Shown piece by piece: positions 1 to 8,552 of a DNA stretch of 64,000 nucleotides. Under the pieces are notes generated by a model, which was given only the letters and a program-made list of their open reading frames with translations, was not told the DNA's origin and made no database searches. This DNA is from Candidatus Beckwithbacteria bacterium GW2011_GWC1_49_16. Lineage in GTDB: Bacteria > Patescibacteriota > Microgenomatia > UBA1400 > CG1-02-47-37. Positions within the stretch are counted from its first letter, which is position 1. Each line of letters begins with the position of its first letter. The position numbers and the translations under genes are program-made. The stretch is taken from the NCBI GenBank assembly GCA_001029675.1, contig CP011210.1, forward strand, positions 517,663 through 581,662, read 5' to 3'.

Positions 1-1
1 T

Positions 2-364
2 GGAGATTATTTTGATCGTGATGAAATCATCAAAGATCAAATGTCGATAACGCGCTGCCTTGAATTCATCGACTCTGTGATTATTCAGGCAGAAAAAGAG
101 CTTACTTCACATGGCGGGTTTACGGCCAATGCGGCCATAAGGGCCTTCGGTATGGAGAATTTACTTACGCCTCAAGCAAATCTAACTGATTCTTTGAGGA
201 TTAATTTAAATAGATTTTTACTTCCCAATTTTAATATTGAGATTGGTGTCAACCGGCCGCCAAAGGACATTGTTGATCAGTCGATAGCTACTTTATTAGA
301 TGATGTTGATGTCAGACATCAACTGGATAATCAGACCGGCGAAGCAGGATTGATGGTGTTTTAA
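2..364 (+). CDS. Hypothetical protein, probably 5'-truncated by the window edge
   Basis: The frame of ORF 41..364 is open back to position 2. No recognisable motif. Confidence 0.55.
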   Translation, partial: GDYFDRDEIIKDQMSITRCLEFIDSVIIQAEKELTSHGGFTANAAIRAFGMENLLTPQANLTDSLRINLNRFLLPNFNIEIGVNRPPKDIVDQSIATLLDDVDVRHQLDNQTGEAGLMVF

Positions 365-375
365 CTAGATGAAGG

Positions 376-449
376 TGGACTCTGAAGGACTCGAACCTTC
401 AACCTCTACAATGTGAATGTAGCGCTCTAACCAGTTGAGCTAAGAGTCC
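376..449 (-). tRNA. tRNA-Val(CAC); CCA not encoded
   Basis: Minus strand GGACTCT-TAGCTCAACTGGTTAGAGC-G-CTACA-TTCACAT-TGTAG-AGGTT-GAAGGTTCGAGTCCTTC-AGAGTCC-A folds as a cloverleaf with anticodon CAC and discriminator A, followed by CCT. Confidence 0.95.
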
Positions 450-459
450 GGTTGACATG

Positions 460-468
460 ATTATAGCA
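460..468 (-). promoter_or_regulatory. Extended -10 (TGcTATAAT) for tRNA-Val
   Basis: Consensus TGnTATAAT 10 nt upstream of the tRNA 5' end. Confidence 0.6.
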
Positions 469-488
469 GAAGGTATAGCCTTATATAC

Positions 489-1061
489 ATGAATGAGGAG
501 AACTCGATCGGCCGGAGAATTTGGCTTTTCTTTTTGGACTTTGTTGAAACCATCGTCATCGCCTTGGCGATTTTCGTGGTGGTGTATCGCTTTTTGTTCC
601 AACCCCACCAAGTCAAGGGTAACTCGATGTATTCAAACTTTCACGACGGCGAGTATTTGTTAACCGACAAAGTCAGCTACCGGTTTGGCGAACCCGAAGC
701 CGGCGAGGTGATTGTCTTTAAGGCCCCCAGAAACGAGGATTACGACTACATCAAAAGGGTCATCGGCCTGCCGGGAGATGCGGTGGAAATTAAGGAGGGC
801 CGGGTGTGGGTCAACGGCCGGATTTTGGAGGAATCGGCTTATTTGCCAGCCGACATTTTTACCCGGGCGGGGGCTTATTTGCGCGAAGGCCAGGTTTACA
901 CCGTGCCGGAGGCTTCGTATTTTGTCCTGGGTGACAACCGGGGCAACTCGAGTGACTCGCGGGAGTGGGGGGCGGTGCCGCTCAATAACATCGTCGGTAA
1001 AGCCTGGTTCCGCTACTGGCCTTTGAACAAAATGGGTAAGGTGGAGACGGTTAGGCTTTGA
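489..1061 (+). CDS. lepB: Signal peptidase I
   Basis: N-terminal TM, GNSM (catalytic Ser), YIKRVIGLPGD (catalytic Lys), GDNRGNSSDSR. Confidence 0.95.
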   Translation: MNEENSIGRRIWLFFLDFVETIVIALAIFVVVYRFLFQPHQVKGNSMYSNFHDGEYLLTDKVSYRFGEPEAGEVIVFKAPRNEDYDYIKRVIGLPGDAVEIKEGRVWVNGRILEESAYLPADIFTRAGAYLREGQVYTVPEASYFVLGDNRGNSSDSREWGAVPLNNIVGKAWFRYWPLNKMGKVETVRL

Positions 1062-1884
1062 CGGAATTGATGGCGGCGACCAAACCTTCGAGGAGTTTTT
1101 GAGTTTTATCGGGTGAGCCTTTGAGAGTGATTAACAAGCGGGATTCTCGCTGGGTGCGAATCAGTTTGACCTTGGCGGTTTCACCCAGAGTGTCTTGAAC
1201 CTTTTTTCTCATAGAGTCGATTTCGTCGCTGACCAGGTGGGGCGGGCGGAAAGCCGGGCCGGCGACTTTTTGGCCGGTTTTGGCTTTCATGCGCCGGGCC
1301 AACTCTTCGGCGCGCCTGACCGAGCCTGATTCACGCAGGATGATTTTGTAGGCGTCGATCATGGCGCTTTTGTCCTCGACCGAAGCCAGCGCCCGGGCGT
1401 GGCCCTCGGTGATCAGGCCGGAGAGGAGGCCGTCTTTTAGGGCGTCGGGGAGGGAGAGTAACCTCATGGTGTTTGACACATACGACGGGCTCTTGCCGAT
1501 CCTTTGGGCCACTTCGGTATTGGTGAGGTCAAACTCTTCGATTAATCTTTCAAAGGCCTTGGCCCTATCGATGGGGTTTAGGTCGGTTCTTTGGACGTTT
1601 TCCACCAAGGCCATTTCCAACATCCCCTGGGGAGTGGTTTCCTTGACGAGACAAGGAACTTGGGTGAGGCCGGCTAGTTTAGCGGCGCGCCAGCGGCGTT
1701 CGCCGGCGACGATCTGGTAGCCGGCGGGAGTGTGGGCGATGATTAAGGGCTCTAAAATACCATGCTCTCTGATGGAATCGACCAAGTCCATGAGCGAATC
1801 GGGAGTAATCATCCCCCGGGGCTGGAGGGGATTGGCCTGGAGTTTGTCGATATCGAGCTGGACGACGTGTTCTTCTTGGGCCAT
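1051..1884 (-). CDS. parB: ParB/Spo0J chromosome partitioning protein
   Basis: NPLQPR, IVAGERRWRAA (CTPase arginine patch), ENVQRTDL and an HTH. ATG 1884 preferred as start. Confidence 0.93.
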   Translation of the reverse strand: MAQEEHVVQLDIDKLQANPLQPRGMITPDSLMDLVDSIREHGILEPLIIAHTPAGYQIVAGERRWRAAKLAGLTQVPCLVKETTPQGMLEMALVENVQRTDLNPIDRAKAFERLIEEFDLTNTEVAQRIGKSPSYVSNTMRLLSLPDALKDGLLSGLITEGHARALASVEDKSAMIDAYKIILRESGSVRRAEELARRMKAKTGQKVAGPAFRPPHLVSDEIDSMRKKVQDTLGETAKVKLIRTQRESRLLITLKGSPDKTQKLLEGLVAAINSVKA

Positions 1885-1886
1885 AT

Positions 1887-2132
1887 TCAAACGACGCTGA
1901 CCAGCTGCCTGCCGCGGCGGGTCAAGAATTTAATGGTGCCAGAGCGCAATGCAAACAGGGTGTGGTCGCGGCCGAGGCCGACACCGTCGCCGGGGTGAAA
2001 CTTGGTCCCCTTTTGCCGGGCAATAATCATGCCGGTTTTGACCTTGTGGCCGCCGAAGGTTTTTACCCCGAGGCGCTTGCCGGGGCGGGTGGTTTGTTGG
2101 GCTGTCGAGCCGGTAGCTTTTTTGTGGGCCAT
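1887..2132 (-). CDS. rpmA: 50S ribosomal protein L27
   Basis: MAHKKATGS...KRLGVK...GRDHTLFAL. Confidence 0.97.
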   Translation of the reverse strand: MAHKKATGSTAQQTTRPGKRLGVKTFGGHKVKTGMIIARQKGTKFHPGDGVGLGRDHTLFALRSGTIKFLTRRGRQLVSVV

Positions 2133-2147
2133 AATCTAATTTAATTA

Positions 2148-2176
2148 ATTGTAATCGGGAGTTTCACACGGGTCAA
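2148..2176 (-). promoter_or_regulatory. Sigma70-type promoter for rpmA-parB
   Basis: TTGACC-17 nt-TACAAT on the minus strand. Confidence 0.55.
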
Positions 2177-2206
2177 TAACCATTTTCACGAGCAAACCCG
2201 ATCAAA

Positions 2207-2518
2207 CTAGGTAATTTTTTTAATCGCCAGCTCGGTGATGTTTTGGCGGTGGCCGCGGACGAGACGATAGCGGGATTTAGCCCTGAACTTGGCCACCCGG
2301 ATTTTTTTGGCCTTTTTCTGGGCGACGATCTCGGCGGTTACCGAGGCACCGGCGACTTTGGGGGTGCCGATTTTTCTCACCTTGTCGGAAACAACCAGCA
2401 AAACATCACTGAACTTGACCGCCTTTTTGGGTTTGCCCTCAAGCTTTTCGACCTTGATGGTTTCGCCTTCGGCTACCTGGTACTGCTTGCCGCCGGTAAC
2501 AATCACTGCGTACTTCAT
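2207..2518 (-). CDS. rplU: 50S ribosomal protein L21
   Basis: MKYAVIVTGGKQY...GHRQ. Confidence 0.97.
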   Translation of the reverse strand: MKYAVIVTGGKQYQVAEGETIKVEKLEGKPKKAVKFSDVLLVVSDKVRKIGTPKVAGASVTAEIVAQKKAKKIRVAKFRAKSRYRLVRGHRQNITELAIKKIT

Positions 2519-2544
2519 GTCAGGTATTATAACCGATTTTATTT

Positions 2545-3012
2545 TTAGGCGCGAGAGGAGGCTTGGGAGATAAACTTGGTTAATTCGATTATGTCGTCGG
2601 TGGTGATTTGGGGTTCAGAAAAAGTTTTATAAAAACTGTTTTTCTCTGGTTCAAGATCGGTAAGATATGAATCGCCTTGGCGGAATGTATTTAGGTCATT
2701 GATGGGAACGGTACCGATATCAAAAGATTTTACCTCTAGAGGATGGCCACTTTCTCCAGCCATCTTGAAACGAGTGAGAAGAATTCCTTGCAAGACAGTG
2801 ACTGTCAGACTATTACCGTCTTTGCTTCCATGAGTGCTAATTTTAAGATATTCTTCCCTATCTGGTGACGGCTGGTCAGGTAAGATATTGTTTTCTGTCA
2901 AGGCCCTATCAATGGCAGCCATCAAGTTTCTGAATGCCAGACCGTTAATTCCCGGAGGGGCTTTGAAGTCTTTGAGCGAGGGGTTGAAAAATTCAGGGCC
3001 TTTAACATCCAT
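2545..3012 (-). CDS. Hypothetical protein (AT-richer orphan)
   Basis: 155-aa ORF filling the rodA-rplU gap, with its own TGcTATAAT 7 nt before the ATG. Confidence 0.7.
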   Translation of the reverse strand: MDVKGPEFFNPSLKDFKAPPGINGLAFRNLMAAIDRALTENNILPDQPSPDREEYLKISTHGSKDGNSLTVTVLQGILLTRFKMAGESGHPLEVKSFDIGTVPINDLNTFRQGDSYLTDLEPEKNSFYKTFSEPQITTDDIIELTKFISQASSRA

Positions 3013-3031
3013 GGTCTAAATTATAGCAAAG

Positions 3032-4054
3032 CTATTTTATCTCGAGAGTAGTTTTGCGGCTTTTTTGGGAGATGCGGTAGACCAGTGCCAGGCTCGCGGC
3101 CGAAGCCAAGTAAGAACTGCCGCCGGCAGAGACCAAGGGAAGGTTGATGCCGGTAACGGGGAGTAACCCCAGGTTCATGCCGACGTTGACGGTAAACTGG
3201 AAAGCAAACAAGCTAAAGACGCCGACGGCCACCAGGCGGCTAAAGTCGTCTTCCTGGGATTTAGCGATGGCCAAGAGCCGCCGCAGAAACAAAAAGTAAA
3301 GAACCAACAACACCAGGGCGCCTACCAGGCCAAAGCTTTCGGCGATGGTGGCAAAGATAAAGTCGGAATGGCGTTCCGGGATAAACGCCAGTTGCGACTG
3401 GCTGCCTCGACCCAGTCCCCTGCCGCTAACTCCCCCGCTGCCGACGGCGATGATCGACTGGAGCACCTGGTAACCGGCGCCCTTGGGATCGGCGAAAGGA
3501 TTCAAGAAAGTTTCGATCCTGGTTTGCTGGTAGGGTTTGAGGTTGAACCAAATTAAAGGACTTAAGATCAAGGCGGCTAGGACTGACAAAAGGAGGCTTT
3601 TTAAGGGTAAGTTTGAAGCGATGAGGATGGCAAGGCCGACGGCAATGACCACCAGGGTACTACCCAGGTCCGGCTGGTTAAAGATCAAAAAAGCCGGCAG
3701 AATCATCAGGCCCAAGTAGTAGAAAATTTTTTTGCCGGCGGCGGCGGCAAAAACCAGAATGAGAACGGGTTTGATGATTTCTGAAGGCTGGGCGGTGACC
3801 CCGACTAACTCAATCCAACGGACGGCCCCTCGGGTAACCTGGCCAAAAATTAAGGGCAAAGTCAAAAAAATTGACGCTAAAACAAAGTAAACCCAAACCA
3901 GTTGGCGGTGGGCGGCCAAGGGGATCCGGTAAACCAACCAAAAAAAGGCCGCTCCCAAACCGATAAAGACAAGCTGGGAGGTGAAAAGGTTTAAGTCGAT
4001 TGAACCCAGAGTGGCAAGGCCCAAGGCGGTAATCATTAAACCCAAGACGATCAT
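3032..4054 (-). CDS. rodA: SEDS peptidoglycan glycosyltransferase RodA
   Basis: Multi-TM protein with QPSE, QPDLG, GAGYQVLQS, PERHSDFIF and LLPVTG. The dcw-linked ftsW is a separate gene. Confidence 0.85.
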   Translation of the reverse strand: MIVLGLMITALGLATLGSIDLNLFTSQLVFIGLGAAFFWLVYRIPLAAHRQLVWVYFVLASIFLTLPLIFGQVTRGAVRWIELVGVTAQPSEIIKPVLILVFAAAAGKKIFYYLGLMILPAFLIFNQPDLGSTLVVIAVGLAILIASNLPLKSLLLSVLAALILSPLIWFNLKPYQQTRIETFLNPFADPKGAGYQVLQSIIAVGSGGVSGRGLGRGSQSQLAFIPERHSDFIFATIAESFGLVGALVLLVLYFLFLRRLLAIAKSQEDDFSRLVAVGVFSLFAFQFTVNVGMNLGLLPVTGINLPLVSAGGSSYLASAASLALVYRISQKSRKTTLEIK

Positions 4055-6954
4055 GAACGAATGATTTTAAGTTTTTTGCCCTTTTTCAAGTTTAGCGCCA
4101 GGGTTTTTTGAATGATGTAATCGCTAAATTCCTCGGGCCAATCGGGCAGGACCAGGGTAACTTTTTCGGTTAAACCGATTTTTGCCTGACGCCTGGCCGC
4201 CTGGATTTCTCTGACCAGCTTCCTGGCCGTGCCTTGGGCAATTTGAGCCGGAGTGGGTCGGTCCAGCCGGCTGATTTTAATTTGACCCGACTTTGATATT
4301 TTTTGGAGGTGACTGGCCACATTGACCTCGTCTTTGAATATTTGGTCGACGCCCAAAGACAAACGCCTCGGGGCAATTGAGGTGACCGAGGTCAAAGGCA
4401 CGCGCAGGGCCAGATCGGCCGCTTTCCTTTGACTGTGGGTAAGGCTGGCCAAGTCTCTGGCCAGGCTCATTTCGTTAAGCAGTTTTTGATTGACTTTTGC
4501 TTTGACCAAAGCCTCGGGCCAGGAGCTTAGGTGGACCGAAGGTTCGCCGGTGAGGTTGGTATATATAGTATCGGCAAGATAAGGCATGAACGGGGCTAAA
4601 AGCCGGGTTAAATTAAGCAAACAAAAATACATGGTCTGGTAGGCCTGGTCTTTGTCTTTGGGGTCGGTTGCCCCCGGGCCGACCCGGTCGCGGGAGCGGC
4701 GGATGTACCAGGTGGAAAAGTCGGCTACAAAATCTTTCAAGGCCGAGCTGGCCGGAGCCGACAAATGATCATCGAGAGCCCCGGTGACGCTTTGGGCGGT
4801 TTCGATCAAACGGTTTAAGATCCACTGGTCAAGGACGTTAGTAGGTTGTAGGTTGTTGATTGTAGATTGTTGATGTACCGGGGACCAGCCGTCGGCGTTG
4901 GCCTGGGAGACAAAAAAGCGATAGGAGTTCCAGAGAATAAGAATAAATTGGCGGCGGATTTCGTCGGCTTTTTTAAAGCCGAAAGGCAAAATTTGGGTAG
5001 GGACTACGTCGGCGTACATCCAGCGCATAACGTCGACACCGATTTTTGCCGCTCCCTGGTTAAACTCGATGGCGTTTCCCCAGGATTTATGCATCGGCCG
5101 GCCGTCTTCGCCGACGACCGATTCATAACCCAAAACGGTTTTATAAGGGTTGGTTTTTTTGAGGACGGTGGCCATGACCAACATGGCATAAAACCAGTTT
5201 TTAAACTGGCCGGGAAAAGCCTCGGTGATAAAGTCGGCCGGGAACCAGCCGGGAGGCAGGGTGGAAAAAGGGACGATGCCGGCGTCGAGCCACGGGTTGC
5301 CGACCGGTTCGACCCGGCTGACCACTTGGCTGCAATTTGAACAGCTAATTTTAACTTCATCGATCCAAGGCTTGTGGGGGGTATGGCCGGAAAATTTATC
5401 CCAGCCTGATACGGCCCTTTTTTTGAGCTCTGGCTTTGAACCGATCACTTCAAAGCAGCCGCAGTGAGCGCACTCGTAGATAGGCAGCGCCAACCCCCAG
5501 TAACGGTTTTTTTTACTAATCAACCAGTCGTGCATGTTTTTGAGCCAATCGAGCTCGCGCTCGAGGCCAAAATCAGGAATCCAGGTGATTTTTTTGGTCA
5601 CCTGCCTCAACTGTTTCCTTAAGGTCAGTCCTTCCGGGTGGGTGGGGTCGGGGCGGTCCATGGCGATGAGCCACTCGTCGGACACTTTCCAGACCAGCTC
5701 GGTTTTACAGCGCCAACAAGAGGGGTAGCGGTGCTTACAGTCATGGATTTGATAAACCCAGCTGCCTGACTGGGTTTTGAGAAAATCGAAAATTAACTCC
5801 GGCTGGTTTTTGGCGTTTTTACCGGAAAGAGGGCCGAAGCCGCCAAGGTAGTGGGCCGAATCATCAATCACCGGAATCATTGGCAGACTTAATTTTTGGC
5901 CGAGCTTGAAGTCCTCGCTGCCGGCAGAGACGGCGGTGTGGACCAGGCCGGTGCCTTCAGCCAGCGTCACCTCCAAGATTTTGGGGTCGGTAGCCACCAC
6001 GGTATGAAAGTTCTGCGGATTTTCTTCCGCCACTTTTTTGACTGCCGGCAGGCTATCAAAGGCGGTTTGATATTTAAGGCCGACCAGCTTTTCCCCTTTG
6101 ACGGTTTTCAATACCTTTTTGACGTCGGCGCCCAAGACGGTTTTGACCAAATCTTTGGCCAGCCACAAGCGCCGGCCGGATTTAACCTCGACCAGAGAGT
6201 AGGAAAAAGTTTTGTCGACGGCGACGGCGATGTTGGCCGGCAGAGTCCAGGGAGTAGTGGTCCAGACCAAAAGAGATTCGTTTTTGCGACCCACAAGCGG
6301 CAGGGTAAAGTAGATGGATTTATGAGTCACTTCTTTGTAGTCTTCGGTGAGCATTTCGTGCTGGGAAATGGCGGTTTGGCATCTAGGGCACCAAGGCACC
6401 GAATCGTGGCCCTTGTAGATCCAACCGCGCTCGTGGCAGACCTTCAAAAAATTCCAGATAGCGTAGTTATTTTCATCGGACATGGTGAAGTAGGAATTGT
6501 CCCAGTCGGCAAACATGGCCAGCCTTTTACTCTGTTCTGTTTGGATGGCCGAGTACTTTAGCACCCGAGCCTTACACTGATTGACGAATTTTTCGACACC
6601 ATATTTTTCGATATCCTTTTTAGACTTAAAACCTAATTCCTTTTCCACCTCGACCTCGACCCACAGCCCCTGGCAGTCAAAGCCGTTTTGATAACGGCCG
6701 CGGTAGCCGCGCATGGTGAAGTATCTTTGCCACAGGTCTTTGTAGGTGCGGCCGCGGGCGTGGTGGACGCCCATGGGGTTGTTAGCTGTAATCGGGCCGT
6801 CTAAAAAGGAGAATTTCTTCTTGGCGGTTTTGTTTTTCGTTAAATACTTTTTGACTATCCCGGCCTGATACCAATGTTTTAACAACTCCTCCTCCTGTTT
6901 GACAAAGTCGGGGTGGGAAGAAACTTCTTGGAAAGGTTTTTTGGCTTTTGCCAT
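4051..6954 (-). CDS. ileS: Isoleucine--tRNA ligase, type 2
   Basis: DGPITAN, GVHH (HIGH equivalent), GFDCQGLWVE, WTTTPWTLPAN editing motif, DWLISK..RYWG, PMHKS (KMSKS equivalent) and C-terminal ARKLVREIQ..R. Confidence 0.95.
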   Translation of the reverse strand: MAKAKKPFQEVSSHPDFVKQEEELLKHWYQAGIVKKYLTKNKTAKKKFSFLDGPITANNPMGVHHARGRTYKDLWQRYFTMRGYRGRYQNGFDCQGLWVEVEVEKELGFKSKKDIEKYGVEKFVNQCKARVLKYSAIQTEQSKRLAMFADWDNSYFTMSDENNYAIWNFLKVCHERGWIYKGHDSVPWCPRCQTAISQHEMLTEDYKEVTHKSIYFTLPLVGRKNESLLVWTTTPWTLPANIAVAVDKTFSYSLVEVKSGRRLWLAKDLVKTVLGADVKKVLKTVKGEKLVGLKYQTAFDSLPAVKKVAEENPQNFHTVVATDPKILEVTLAEGTGLVHTAVSAGSEDFKLGQKLSLPMIPVIDDSAHYLGGFGPLSGKNAKNQPELIFDFLKTQSGSWVYQIHDCKHRYPSCWRCKTELVWKVSDEWLIAMDRPDPTHPEGLTLRKQLRQVTKKITWIPDFGLERELDWLKNMHDWLISKKNRYWGLALPIYECAHCGCFEVIGSKPELKKRAVSGWDKFSGHTPHKPWIDEVKISCSNCSQVVSRVEPVGNPWLDAGIVPFSTLPPGWFPADFITEAFPGQFKNWFYAMLVMATVLKKTNPYKTVLGYESVVGEDGRPMHKSWGNAIEFNQGAAKIGVDVMRWMYADVVPTQILPFGFKKADEIRRQFILILWNSYRFFVSQANADGWSPVHQQSTINNLQPTNVLDQWILNRLIETAQSVTGALDDHLSAPASSALKDFVADFSTWYIRRSRDRVGPGATDPKDKDQAYQTMYFCLLNLTRLLAPFMPYLADTIYTNLTGEPSVHLSSWPEALVKAKVNQKLLNEMSLARDLASLTHSQRKAADLALRVPLTSVTSIAPRRLSLGVDQIFKDEVNVASHLQKISKSGQIKISRLDRPTPAQIAQGTARKLVREIQAARRQAKIGLTEKVTLVLPDWPEEFSDYIIQKTLALNLKKGKKLKIIRS
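4841..4875. repeat. 5 x 7-bp degenerate tandem repeat in ileS
   Basis: gtaggtt gtaggtt gttgatt gtagatt gttgatg. Confidence 0.8.
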
Positions 6955-6968
6955 ATGCTTATAATAAC

Positions 6969-6993
6969 AAAAATCCCGACAAAGTGCCGGGAT
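6969..6993 (-). terminator. Intrinsic terminator in the ileS leader (attenuator)
   Basis: ATCCCGGCA-CTT-TGTCGGGAT stem with one G-U pair, followed by TTTTGTTATT, 14 nt before the ileS ATG. Confidence 0.75.
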
Positions 6994-7024
6994 GCACGCG
7001 ACGTAAAGCCGGTTTAACCGGACT

Positions 7025-7069
7025 TTAGCCGCTTGAGGTAATAATGATGTTATTGGCTTCGGTGATCAT
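7025..7069 (-). CDS. Putative ileS attenuator leader peptide MITEANNIIITSSG
   Basis: ATG ATC ACC GAA GCC AAT AAC ATC ATT ATT ACC TCA AGC GGC TAA: 4 Ile codons, 3 of them in tandem, directly upstream of the hairpins and ileS. Confidence 0.8.
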   Translation of the reverse strand: MITEANNIIITSSG

Positions 7070-7089
7070 AGTGGCTATAGACTATCATA

Positions 7090-7632
7090 TCAGGCTAAAT
7101 TTGGCAATGGGTCGCTACTACCCGAGTCTTGTATAAGCATCATGGGGTGGAGGCTATTTAAGGATTGGGCGGCTTGAAGAAAGATGTTCCTTTTGACTTT
7201 AAGGTCGGTGATATGGCCAGTGGAGTTGTCGTGATTTTTAAAAGCAATATTATCACCCACTTCTAAATTGAACTGGCCATATTTTCTACTTAAAGGGATG
7301 AGGTAGAGATTCGAGATGGTCTGGGAATCTGGTAGTAAAGCTACGGTTAGGGTAAAATTATGGTCGGCAGTATCACCAGTTCTGGTTGCATGAAAAAGAG
7401 ATAAGAAGGTTACCTTGGTATTAGGGATTGGTTTATTTGAATCATAAATGTCCCGATTCCTGGTATAGGGGGCTTTTCCAGAAGAATAAAAAGCTGGATC
7501 CTCAAAAGCCAGGCTTTTGGCCAATTCAGTAAAAGGGTATGCCGCTTCAGATAGTTTTGTTTCGGCTTGGCGTAAAGCTCGGTTTTCAAAATGTTTTTTA
7601 ATGCCGGGAATTTTTTTAAATGCTTCTAGCAT
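7090..7632 (-). CDS. Hypothetical protein
   Basis: 180-aa AT-richer ORF with no motif. Confidence 0.7.
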   Translation of the reverse strand: MLEAFKKIPGIKKHFENRALRQAETKLSEAAYPFTELAKSLAFEDPAFYSSGKAPYTRNRDIYDSNKPIPNTKVTFLSLFHATRTGDTADHNFTLTVALLPDSQTISNLYLIPLSRKYGQFNLEVGDNIAFKNHDNSTGHITDLKVKRNIFLQAAQSLNSLHPMMLIQDSGSSDPLPNLA

Positions 7633-7638
7633 AATTGG

Positions 7639-8550
7639 TTAGCGGATATTGTCCGGGGTGACCTGTCTTAAAGTGTCGGTGATTCTGCCAAGCACGTTTG
7701 ATTTGGCCACCGCATCGACCGGCCCGACCGGCCCGGTGTTTAAAATCGCCATCGAGTCCGGATCTACCGAGTGAATCGGTTTTAAACTATGAAATTCAAA
7801 CTGCCAACCCCTAAAACGGGGGAAACTAATCTCGGCAACCGCTTCCCAAGACCTTGGCTCCATACCCTGTGACTCGACCACCAAAGCGGCGTAATAATCT
7901 GGTTTGGTTTGGTCATTCCGGTCTTGATCCAAATTAAGCCCCATTTTAGATATGACATGGTGTTCGGGAAACTCAATCAGGTATTTGATACCACCGTGGG
8001 CAAAAATCTCTTTGCCTGGCTTTATCAAGCCGACCACTCTGCCCAGCTGGTCGTTAAAGTCTTTTTCCAGCTGTCGCAGCGCCCGCTCGCGGCTTCTGAT
8101 ATTGTCAAAAAGGTTTCCGGTGCGGGTTAAAACATCTATCGCTTCCTGGTCCGAAACTGGTTCCTTACCCGAGCCAAATACACCAGAAACGTTAAAGCCA
8201 AACCCCATCCCGGTAAGGGAAATTTTCCGTATTCTCTCTCCCTCGTTGCTACCCAAGGTCACCAACAATTCCAGGCTGTCATCTACGGCCGGAAATTGTC
8301 GATACACTTGCCGACCAATTATCGCTCGGACGTGGCTGATGCCGGTACCGTCGGCCTCGGGACCACCAACCTCATTCCCCTGAGGATAAACTGTGGCTTG
8401 ACTGGTCTGTAACAACCCTTTTTCAATCTCAACAGACTCCCAGTTTTGGAACCAACCAGACGCCAATTTATCGACCGCTTTGGCCAGTCTTTTTTTTGCC
8501 TGGGAAAGCTCAACCGGGACAGGTTTGGTTTTTGACTCTTGGTTTGTCAT
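7639..8550 (-). CDS. Hypothetical protein
   Basis: 303-aa ORF starting 2 nt after the ftsZ stop. Confidence 0.75.
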   Translation of the reverse strand: MTNQESKTKPVPVELSQAKKRLAKAVDKLASGWFQNWESVEIEKGLLQTSQATVYPQGNEVGGPEADGTGISHVRAIIGRQVYRQFPAVDDSLELLVTLGSNEGERIRKISLTGMGFGFNVSGVFGSGKEPVSDQEAIDVLTRTGNLFDNIRSRERALRQLEKDFNDQLGRVVGLIKPGKEIFAHGGIKYLIEFPEHHVISKMGLNLDQDRNDQTKPDYYAALVVESQGMEPRSWEAVAEISFPRFRGWQFEFHSLKPIHSVDPDSMAILNTGPVGPVDAVAKSNVLGRITDTLRQVTPDNIR

Positions 8551-8552
8551 AG

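Noticed and set aside
1-449. Island integrated at the tRNA-Val 3' end
   Set aside because: No integrase or att duplication is visible, and the flank lies outside the window.
399-611. 70-aa minus-strand ORF
   Set aside because: It overlaps tRNA-Val and lepB.
2159-2176. parS site (gtttcac half-match)
   Set aside because: It is not palindromic and coincides with a promoter spacer.
6955-7089. T-box riboswitch upstream of ileS
   Set aside because: There is no GGTGGnACC T-box motif or stem I. The leader-peptide model explains the region.
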